Assembly (NCBI GenBank): GCA_050273025.1
Contig: CP158635.1
Span: 23,622,001-23,686,000, forward strand
Direction: 5' to 3'
Origin: Cenococcum geophilum
Taxonomy: Eukaryota
Length of the DNA stretch: 64,000 bases
The stretch's first letter is position 1, and each line of letters begins with the position of its first letter. Below, piece by piece: positions 53,450 to 64,000 of the stretch. The position numbers and the translations under genes are program-made. The notes below the pieces were generated by a model, which was not told the origin of the DNA, ran no database searches, and saw nothing but the letters and a program-made list of their open reading frames with translations.

Positions 53450-56400
53450 TAGCCTTACTAATAGAACCCGGTTCTAATATATATTAAGTAATCTTAAGTA
53501 ATAAGGCACTAGAAAGGTGCTTCTTTTTAGTATAATGCTTTAACGCTTTAGAGAAAGCGCCTAGTGTAAAGATCTTATATTTCTTAGCCCGCTGCTAAAT
53601 ATACACCTCTATATTAACCTTATTAGATACGGCCCTAATATCTATAACTTTATCTTCTAGCTATCCAATCCTATAGGCATGTCCGAATACCTAAGCTTTA
53701 ACTATAGGCAGCAGCTATAGCTTAAATATAAACACCTTACTTGTTCCGATTAGAGTATATGCTTTAGATATAAGACCAGTAGTTAATACAAGGAATCTTA
53801 GAGTAGGGTTATTTTTGAATTCTTTAATAATGCTCTCTCTCTCTTCTATCTTAAGCTTACCGCTAACTAACTTATAGCTACCTAATCCGTACCTATTACG
53901 AAGATACTAATCTAGCGTTAGAATATAAAAATATTGCTTTAAGAATAGACAAGACATACTAAATAAATAATAAAGGCGGCTACCAGGAATGCTGTAAAGA
54001 CAACCAACTTTTCAGAATAACCTTTATAGTTAGTCCCTAGCTAAGTAAAAACTATCTTTAAGGCATTTATTTTTGGACTTAAAGCCATAATAGAACGTAG
54101 TTCTCGCTTAAATATAGACTGCTTGGGGTTCTTATAATAGTTAAGCGTATAGCCTTTATTTTTATCTCCTTCTAAATATAAGCTAGTAAAAGGCACATTA
54201 AAATCTTTGCCCTTATTTTTCCAGAGTTGCAGCTTTAGGAAGTCCGTAAAGATTTAAAGCTTGTAGGCAAATGCCGAGCTAGACTAGTGTGGTTTTATGG
54301 GTTTTTAATTAGCGTTTAAACCTTTCCGCTTTTACTCGGCCAGTTTCCTCTTATATACTGCATTGATCTTTTTCTTTAGTTTATCTATAGCCTTATTTAA
54401 TCGCTTTAAAACCTCGCCTATATACTTAACACAAATATTCCAGTCCACTCTTTATGCGTTAATTTTAATTAATGGTTTATTATTAAATCATTATATATTT
54501 ATAGAGCGCCCGATTATAAATTGTGAAATAATATCGCAAAAACCGTTAATAATAGCCCCCATTTCTTTCTCAGCCTCCTTTAATAGCTTGGCTTTTATTT
54601 AAACCATCTTATTTATTTTTACCTACAGCGCACGGATATTAGGACCGAGTAGCAGGTTATAATTAGGCTTTTCTGCCCATTCTTTATCCCGCCCTATTGC
54701 TAAGGTTTATAGAAATGCAGCGAGATTACTAGGGCTAGTGCCTGCTGGGGTGCCCGAATATCCCTAGAGATAGATATTATTCGGTAAAGCCTAAATTATG
54801 AGCTATCTAGTTATAGTCTATAACTAAGTTTAGCTGTTCTTGGTGGTATAAAACTTATTAAGAAATACATAGAGCCATACTACTACATTTAATTAATAGT
54901 ATGCCCTAGGTAGAATCTCGCCTAGTAAGTATAGGAATCGTTATTTCTAGCATTTAATAGTTGTGGCGATAATAAAGCAGGATGAGTTGGTAGGAGGATT
55001 ATATAATACATTATCCGGGTTATCCGGGTTAGGCTCTATATAGCTAAGAAGGAATTTAGAGTTACCTTTCTGGTACTCCCAGGCCGTTTTCACGTAGTTG
55101 CTATATATAATTTAAAACTAAATATCCGCGGTGCCCTTATTCTTGCCTATATTCTTATATATTATAGTTAAGTAATTTTCGCTAAATACTAGCTTAATAT
55201 TCTTTTTCCATGCCAATAGAGCTTTAGGTGGTGCTATTATAAATATTAGGCCATCAAGTCTTTTAAATACGGAGTACGGATTCTCGTCAATATATATACA
55301 CTAAATTAGTAGGCTACCCTATAAGGGGCATTGCGTATCCTTAGCTTTCCCGGCAGAATAAGTAAGATATAATCTATCTTTTTTTACTTAGGAATCCTAA
55401 ATAGCCTATTAATTAACAATAATCAATCTATTTAATAGATGGGCAAGAATTATGGTAACTGTCTTACCTAAGCCTATCTAGTCCGCGTATATACCGCTAT
55501 TAATGTTATATTTTTCGTTTACGGTCTAGTAATAGGCGGCAATTAGTTAACATTTTTTTGCTCTAAAGGATTTTGTAACCGGCTATAGCGGCAATAAAAG
55601 GCTATCTGCGTTAAGGTTAGCGTTAGGATTAAGATAGAGGCATCTACATGCCTCTAACCATAGAGTTTCATTAATATATTTGCACTCCTTCTTTATCGCC
55701 TAATTAAAACCAGAATTTAAGCTAAAAAAAAATAGTTTTAAATTAAGAGAGCATCTATATTAGACATATTAGAGATATATACACATACATACATCCAAAG
55801 AACGTGGCATTAGAATTATTCCCTTTCTTATCATCCGCATGGTCCTTAAAGTTATTTTTAGCCTTATCACCTATATTAGGGAGGGGATCGTTATTATCTT
55901 TATTATTACTACTGTTATTAGACGATACTTCTATAACGTTTATTACATTTGTTCCGTTTCTTTTAACCTATATAATCTTTTCAATTTTATAGAGTTCTGT
56001 AGTATCCGCCGACGCTAGTAGCGGAGGTAGTTAATTATTAAAAGCATCCTTATCGCCCTGCTTAGAGGTTCCGCCTATTACAGTATTCTTTCCGCTAATA
56101 GTAGTGGTCTTAGCAACACTAGGCGTAGGCTAGTTGCTATTATTAGGAATACTAGTATGGATTAAAGGCGGGTTAGTTAGGGTAGCGTTATTACTAGAAC
56201 TAGCAGATGTTTTAGTAACAACTAGTTTCCGGATATTGGTCTAAGGTATTATTGGCGTGGAAGCTATACTATCTAGGTTCGGAAATAGGTCTAGTATAGT
56301 CTATCTATTTAATTAGGATATAGCTAGATTTAAATATTAGCAATATACTAAAAGAGCTGTAATACTTATAATATAAAGCACTTACGTAAAGGTTAAACTT

Positions 56401-57330
56401 CTAGCTTTAGCATCTATAAGCTAGAGTTTATAGTATCGCTAATTGCGGTAGCTAACTCTTCTTTATTCCTGATAGGGCCGAAGCTATCCTATAAATACTT
56501 AGTATTATAGTTAACGGGATAAAACGCGCCACTAGATGCGGTGGCTTTTAATATAAGCTTATCCTAAGATAAACTATCTAGCGTCCAATTGGTAGACCTA
56601 TAAAACTTATCTTTTATAATAGCTTAGAGACGAAACTAAGTAACGGTAGTATTGGAACTGCAAGATATATATATGGTACACGCCGACAGGGTTACGTTAC
56701 TCTTAATATAGTATAGTAAGATCCCGGCATAAGGGTTAGCTTTAGGTATTTCTGGTTTTGCTTAATAATGCTTCTTATAACCTTTCCGGTTTTTATTTAG
56801 GCATAGAGGAATTAAGTCTAAGTTATCTTCTAGGTCTGTTAATAGAGTTAGCCTCTTTTAACTTAGCGGTTCCGATTTTACTCTTAATTTGTTTAACTTC
56901 ATCCTTATAATAAGTGCTAAGTAGCTTTTCCCTGTAAACGTTTAATCGGGATACTGCTTAAAGGCGTCGATCTTAGTAAGTGCAATTGCTTTCACATTAC
57001 TACGGATCTTGGTCTAGCGGTATTATTCGGCCTTAAAATATCTATATTTATTAAGTATCTTTTAAAGGTGGGCCTTAGCTGTATATAGCCCGGATACATT
57101 AATTGCTAAACCCTAACGGACTATTGTGTCCGATAGCTAGATAGTAGCTAAGGCGTACTAGACGGGATACGGGTGTAAGGGTTTGTTATTAGCAATAGGC
57201 TGTACTTCGGGACCTATAATAGCGGGTTAGTATAAATAGCAAAAGGATAGACTAGCTTGGCTTTAATAGCCTATATAGTTTAACTTACTGAGCTCACTTT
57301 CCTAAGAAGCTATTGTGAAAAATCTCCTCT
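53450..57330 (-). pseudogene. SNF2-family (superfamily 2) helicase/ATPase, copy 1, with a long N-terminal extension; RIP-inactivated
   Basis: Motif I GGIYADQMGLGKTVT (55500-55455), motif III WGYSGTP (~54770-54745), motifs V-VI TTGLMSEAYTL...FIFEPQLLPTVEAQVFG.AYRIGQ (53785-53660). Intron GTAAGT...GCTAAT..TAG at 56385-56324. Start position uncertain. Confidence 0.85.
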
Positions 57331-57577
57331 TAATAATATCCGGTGTGAGAAGATATACTAGGATAAAAAAAGTTAAAACGGTAGACTTGTAATAGAAGAC
57401 ATAAAATAGAAAAGATCTACTAACTGTATAGGTAAATAACTGATAACTAAGAAGGTAAATTAATTTAAGAATTAAACTAAAATAAAATAAATAGTTATTA
57501 CGCGTAATATTAGTAATATTAGGCTGGGTATAATAGATTAAATAAAAATAATTAAAATATTATATATATTTACGTGG

Positions 57578-58345
57578 ATCTGGTAGTATGCCCTAAATTA
57601 GGGATTCTAGGGAAGTAAAACCTATTAGTGCTAAGTGCAGCTAGGATGCGAGAAGGTAATAAGTTAAGCCTATAATTATTGTAGATATAAGATGCCTTAA
57701 GTATATAACATAGTACGTTAGTATTTATAATATTACAAAATATGTTAATATAATAGTCTGGTAGTATGCCCTAGGTTAGGGATTAAGGGAACTAGAACTT
57801 AAGTAGTGCTACTAAGAGGCGGGAACTAAGGTTGCAATATTGCGACTATTGTATATATAGCATACCTTAGGTATACGATATAGCACACTAATATTTATAA
57901 TATTGCAAACCGTACTAATATATAGGTCTAGTGCTATGCCCTAGAGCTAGGTGGTGCTGCTAAAAGGCGGGAACTAAGGTTATAATATTGCGACTATTAT
58001 ATATATAGTATGCCTTAGGTATATAATACAGCACGCTAATATTTGCAATATTATAAATCGTACTAATATACGGGTCTAGTGCTATACCCTAAAGCTAGGT
58101 GGTGCTGCTAAGAGCGGGAACTAAGGTTGCAATATTGCGACTATTGTATATATAGTATACCTTAGGTATATAATATAGCACGCCAATATTTATAATATTG
58201 TAAATTATACCAATATACGGGTCTGGTGCTATGCCCTAAAGCTAGGTAATGCTACTAAGAGCGGGAACTAAGGTTGCGAAAAGGCGATATTGCGACTATT
58301 ATATATATAGCATACCCTAAGTATGCAAATTAGTATAAAGATATT
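57578..58345. repeat. Tandem array of ~148-bp units (about 5; the first two are longer and diverged) between divergently oriented genes
   Basis: GGTCTRGTGCTATRCCCTA recurs at 57925, 58073 and 58220 (spacing 148/147); related starts at ~57756 and ~57578. Confidence 0.92.
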
Positions 58346-58519
58346 CGTAATATTACAAACTATATATCCACCTATTTATTACCTACTCTCTATATTAGAA
58401 TAAATTTCCCCTTACCTTAACTATATACTAGCCCTTAACCTATTTTAAGGTAAACGTTGCAATAGTACGTATACTAGTAAGGAGTTATAAATATCTTACG
58501 CTAATTGGTTATTACAGAT

Positions 58520-59778
58520 AAATAAAAAGCTAGGGCATATAACCACCCTAGCTAAGCGCACTAAGCGTCCCTATGTTAAAAAGATATTACTAAAGAACGG
58601 AGATAGAACCACAAAGCCAGCTCTAAAGCCGCGAAAGAAAAAGGCGGCGGATAGTTACTAGAAGGGGATTAGAGGGTTTCTAATTAAGTAAGAGAAGAAT
58701 AGTAAGGCAGCTAAAGCTATAAAGATAGTTTAGCTACCTCTTAAAAAGCCTTCGCCAACCTATTCTATTCTATTAGCCGTTAGAAATGCCGCTATATATA
58801 GTTTAGAGAGAACCAAGTTAAATAAAAATAGCACTACGGAGATGGCTGTTACGGAAACTAGAAAACCATAAAAGGGGGACCTCTTTAATATTGTAAGTTA
58901 GATAATTAGTCGCATAAAGGAGAAGTAGGATACTTTATAGACTGCGTTAGCTGCTAATCGCCAAAATATAGAGAGTTTAAAGACTGATATTAAGGAACTT
59001 TAAAAAGCTAAGAAGGCTTAGAATACATCTATTATTAATCTAATTTGGGATGCCTAAGTAATAAAGTAGGACTATAACTCTAAGGTTATAAAACTATATT
59101 TGTACTAACTAAAGCGCATAATAATATAAATTAAAGAAAGGTAATATTTTAAGAGCTTTTAGCGAAATATAAGGCACTAGATGCGATAGTCTTATCTTAT
59201 TTAAGATTAGTCGATCATTGGCATAATAAGTCCACTACAACGTCTAAAAAGTTAGTTAAATTTATGCAAGAATTAGAGGCTATAAAGAGTATATAAAAGT
59301 TAATAGAGGATTTTTAGACACTTAAGCGCAACCAACTAAAGGCGGAGCTAGATTATATAAAGACAGCCTAATCAGCCCTAGAAATCCGTCTTATAAAAAA
59401 GCGCGATAAGTTAAAGGCAGAAATTAAATAGATTAAGAAATCGCCGCTAGAACTAGTTATACTAAAGTATAAATAAGACTAGCTTAATACTAAGTTTAAG
59501 GACTTAAAAGAGTCTAAGATAGCTGAACTGGACGCTATAAACCAAAGACTTAATAGTATCTAGAAAAACCTTATCCGTAAACAGCTCTTTAAAGTCGCAA
59601 GTAACGTTGGCAACTACGCCAGTTTAATAGCCAACAATTATTATAGAGAGGTTAGCCGAGCGATTAAAAAGCCAAAGAGTAAGCTATAGAACGGCGGTCT
59701 AACAAAAATCTAATAGGGGGTTAGTAAGGAGCTTTTAAGGTAATTATAACAGCAAATGCCTAAAATTAAGATAGGATA
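58520..59778 (+). pseudogene. RIP-inactivated hypothetical protein: basic NLS-like N-terminus and long K/E/L-rich, probably coiled-coil, region
   Basis: De-RIPed MTTPAKRTKRP...TTKPAPKPRKKKAAD, followed by heptad-like segments (e.g. ALEIRLIEKRDKLKAEIEQI ~59375-59435); stop codons sit at RIP-type sites. Confidence 0.6.
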
Positions 59779-60259
59779 GGGCTTTTACTTTATACATTTA
59801 CTATCCTAGTTATTTAGAGGATCTTAGGTAGGCGGCGCATAATGTGGAAATTTAATTAAGGTCGCGTAAGTGGTGCGAGGAGCTATTAGAAATAAAATAA
59901 ACTCACTATTACGCGGGTTTAAGGTGTATACGGGGTCGCAGAAACTATAACTCCGGCGGTAAACAAAATTTTAAATATTGTACGTATAGCATATAATATA
60001 CATTAATATTTGCAATATTGCTAATATTATTAGAGGCCTTTTAAACGGCGTTAAAGACTATATTATCCCGTGTAAACCTATAAATTTAAAGGCCTATACC
60101 CGCTAATAAAAGCACTAAAATTAAGCGCTGTTAACGTTTTATTAATAGGTTATTAATAAAAACTCCATAAATGGGATCTTTAAAGTTTAATACTACGCCA
60201 AGCATTATAGCCTTCCTATAGTGATAGAGCAACCCCCAAATTCTCCTAGTGCTTAATAC

Positions 60260-60365
60260 CAAGTCTTATTACATTACCGCTAAGTCTTATAAGCCTTATT
60301 ATATCGTCGCCGAGTTTTATAAGCCTTATTACATCGTTGCCGAGTCTTATTATATTGTCACTAAG
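60260..60365. repeat. 30-bp tandem repeat, ~3 units
   Basis: ACATCGTCGCCGAGTCTTATAAGCCTTATT-like unit repeated. Confidence 0.75.
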
Positions 60366-60699
60366 CCACCTAGCCAGATTAAGTAATTAGATATCGCGAG
60401 TGTAACTCTTAGGCATAATAGGTTTAATTCTTATCCGTGGCGCGTTAAGAACAATAAAAAGAAGGTTATTTATTATAAAATCACATATTAGCAAAGGCTT
60501 TAAATTATAAATATTATATTTTTAATTAAATCTTAAGGCCCAATTTTATAAGTTACGCTTCTTATTATATATATATATATATTAGAGATAACTATTTTTA
60601 ATTTTATTAGGCTAGCTCTAAATAGTAGCAATTATATTACTTACCGTATTACTATGCCATAAGGACTTTTAGTTGTAATCTTATAAATTTAATTAAAAT

Positions 60700-63600
60700 A
60701 TAATTCTTATAATTAAGCATTTCTATATATAACACTATACCAAGGATCACGATACAGATTGCCTAGATATAGCTTTACTATAATATAACGGCTCTACGCT
60801 AATCGATTAATCTACGGCTCTAAAATCTATAATACTAAAAATAAGCTCTAAGCCACTGATTTTACACTAGCAGAATGAAACTTAGCAAGAGATTTGAGCA
60901 GTAAAGTTACTACTAAAAGTTACTGTCCGGATCCTAGCCGGTAGAAGTAAGAGGCCTTGGTAGGCCTTAGTATTAAAGTCGTTAATAATAACTTTATCCC
61001 TCTTAATCTGGATCTAGCTGGCTACAAGACGGCAGGTATTTTTGCTATATTTATATCTAAGAGATTAAATAAAGAGTGGGATGTAAGAATATTGCGCTTA
61101 TTATAAATATAATATACTAGGCGTATTATAAATGCGATTATAGGGAATATGGTAAACATAATTAATTTCTATAGATTACATTTGCAAGTAGGCCCAAGTT
61201 TAGTAAAAATAGTCTTTAAGGCATCTATATTTAGGCTCGTCTATATAAAAGAGTCTAACTCACTATAAAGGATTAAATTATTAAGGTTCTTGCAACGGCT
61301 AAGGGTATAATTTTATTTATTATTGTCTTAATAAGCATATAGGTGTAATAGGCATATTAAAACCTCAACCTTTATCCTTTTAATTATGCTATTTTAAAAA
61401 ACTGGCATAGATATAAAGGCTTTCTATAATGCTACACTAAGCTAATATTATTCTATAGTTCCGTATTATAGTTTTAACACTCTATATAATTAGCCAACTA
61501 ATTTCTTACTATATAGTGGCTTAAACTTCATTTTAAGGTTAAAAGTGGCCTTATTTATCTGCTTTATAGCGGAGGGATTATAGGTAGTATAGGAGTTCTG
61601 GTTGGTTTGCGTCACTTTAATCTAAATAAGCAGTTCCTTAATAAACTACTTCGTCTTTATTAAACATCTAATAATAAACTAGGGGATAATATTATAGAAG
61701 CCGTCTATAACCTCTTACATTTTCTTCCTGGTACCTTTAGTTAGCTTTACTTTTATCCTAACTATTTTATTAACACTTCCCTATAGTACGAAGATATTAG
61801 GGCCGAGTGGTAGATTATAACCAGGCTTACTCTCCTATTTGTTACCCTGCCTTATTAATAGAGTTTCCAGAAAGGCGCTAAGATTACTAGAAATAGCGCC
61901 TCTTGGAGCACTAGAATATTACTAGATAAGGGCATCGTCTAATTAGCTAATTTTCGCGGACCTACTAATTAACTACTAGCTTTAAGTTAAGCGCTTTTTA
62001 ATATAATAAAATTGGACAAGATATATATGGTACTATATAATGGGGCATTTCAGACTTTATAGTCTGTGCTATTTTATGCCTAGTAAACTTAAGAGATTTT
62101 TTTTAACACTTTAATATTATAGTAATAACAAAATCTAGATAAGCTAATAAGTGGGGTATAATATTTAACGTTAGGGGTATCTGCATTAAGAATAATATTA
62201 CTTTTATAGTACTTGAGAATATTAAAGAGGAACTTGCAGTTTATTTTATTATAGTTGTTATAGATTAGCCGAAACTAAATATCCCTTTTACTATTTATAT
62301 CTACGGATTTGTGTATATCCTTAATACGTTAATAGCTAAGCCCTACTTTTATATCGTTTACCTAGGCTAATAAACGTCTAGGTAGCGCTATAAGAAGCGT
62401 TAGTCTATTAACTCTTTAAATTTAGAATATAGATTCTCATTAATATAGGTATACTACCTTTATAATCTATCCTATAAGGAGTATTCCGCGCTTTTAGCTT
62501 TCCCTCCAGAATAAGTAAAATATAATCTATACTTTTTGCTCGGGAATCCTAAATGGCCTATTTATTAATATTAATTAATTAATTTAGTAGATGGGTAAAA
62601 ATTGCGGTTACTGTCTTGCCTAAGCCTATCTAGTTAGTGCGTACACCGCTATTAACGTTGTCTTCTTTAAATATAATCTGACAATAGGCGGCAATTAGTT
62701 AATATTTTTTCTCCCTAAAGGATTTTATAACCGGCTATAGTGGCAATAAAAGGCTACTTACGTTAAAGTTAGCATTAGAATTAAAATGGAGGCATCTATA
62801 TACCTCCGGTTATAGATTTTCGTTAATATACTTGCATTTTTTCCTTATCGCTTAGTTAAAGCTAGGATTTAAACTAAATAAATATTGGTTTTAAATTCAG
62901 AGAGCGTCTATATTAGATATATTGGAGATATATAGACGTACATGTATTAAAAAAACGTGGCATTAGGATTACTAATATCCCTTTTATTCTTATAGTCTAT
63001 AAAGTTGTTTTTAGCGCCATTACCTTTACTAGGGAGGGGAGCGCTATTATCTTTATCATTACTACTATTAGTAGACTCTACGTCTATAGCGTTGTCTAGA
63101 GTTATTATATTATTTTCTAATTATACTATCTTCTTAATCCTATATAGCTTAGGGGTATCTACTAACGCTAGCGGTAGAGATGGCTGACTTTTAGAAGTAT
63201 CTATATTATCCTTTTTAGATTATAGTATTATTTTCGCTAACGGTAGTAATCTTAGTAATACCAGCCGTGGACTAGTCGCTATTTTCGGGAATATAGGTGG
63301 GGATTAACAGCGGGTTAGTTAGGGTGGTATTATTACTAGAACTAGTAGATATTCTAGTGGCGACTAGTTTCTAAACACCGGTTTAAGGCGTTATTGGTAT
63401 AGAAGTTATATTATCTAGGGTCGGAAATGGGCCAGCTATAACCTATGTATTTAATAAGGATATAACTAGATTTAAATATTAGTAATATACTATAAGAGCT
63501 GAAATACCTATAATATAAAGCATTTATATAGAAGTCGGACTTCCGGCTTTAGCATTTATAAACTAGAGTTTATAGCGTCGCTAATTATAATAGCTAGCTT

Positions 63601-64000
63601 TTTCCTATATTAGGTAGGACCATAGCTATTATAAGGGCGCTTAGTGTTAAAGCCTATGGGCCAAATCTTACTACTAGGTATAATAGCCATTAATATAAGC
63701 TTGTCCTAGCATAGGCTAACTAGTGTCTAGTAGGCGGACTTATAAGGCTTCTGCTTTATAATAGATTGGAGATAAGACTAAGCAACGATATAAGCAGCAC
63801 TAGAATATATTGTTGTGAAGTAAGCTTATAGAGTTACTTTACTCTTAATAAAGTGCGGTAAGATCCCACTTAGGGCGTTGGCTGAAGGTGCTTTTAATTT
63901 ATTATAGTGATGCTTCTCCATAAGCTCTGGTGTTCTAGACTAGTGAGAAGGCACTAGGTTAAAATTATTCCTATTGCCTATAAATAGTGTTGCCCTCTTT
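60700..64000 (-). pseudogene. SNF2-family helicase, copy 2 (diverged paralogue of copy 1; 5' end outside the window)
   Basis: Colinear with copy 1 at an offset of ~7.15 kb: motif I ..DQMGLGKTVT at 62650-62607, the same intron region at ~63466-63527, motif III reads YSGAP (~61920-61905). Confidence 0.8.

Noticed and set aside
57578..58345. Possible repeat-spacer array
   Set aside because: The whole ~148-bp unit is repeated; there are no unique spacers.
54363..63187. Plus-strand short ORFs at 54363, 55804 and 63005
   Set aside because: Antisense to the SNF2 pseudogenes; the last two resemble each other only because of the duplication.

Overview
AT-rich fungal (ascomycete) repeat compartment. 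Every reading frame is broken by repeat-induced point mutation (RIP: TpA excess, CpA/TpG loss, TAA/TAG at former Gln/Trp codons). I see no intact gene, and the supplied ORFs are fragments or artefacts. Bases 1-44.6 kb are a deep nest of transposons, most resolved to the base with target-site duplications (TSDs): three Ty3/Gypsy chromovirus families (A; B/E; D plus an inverted copy D'), a Ty1/Copia element, a Tc1 (DD34E) element, a Fot1/pogo element, solo LTRs, a MITE and a short non-LTR insertion. Bases 44.6-49.1 kb hold a 5'-truncated Tad1-like LINE, tandem repeats and an internally deleted hAT element. Bases ~49.1-64 kb look different: a RIP-killed multi-gene block with a DUF6532-like gene, two lysine-rich hypothetical genes and two diverged SNF2-family helicase paralogues. 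It also carries a 27-bp array and a ~148-bp array that share an 18-bp motif in inverted orientation. This block is the best candidate for an undescribed large mobile element. Protein calls come from manual translation with RIP changes mentally reverted and need HMM confirmation.
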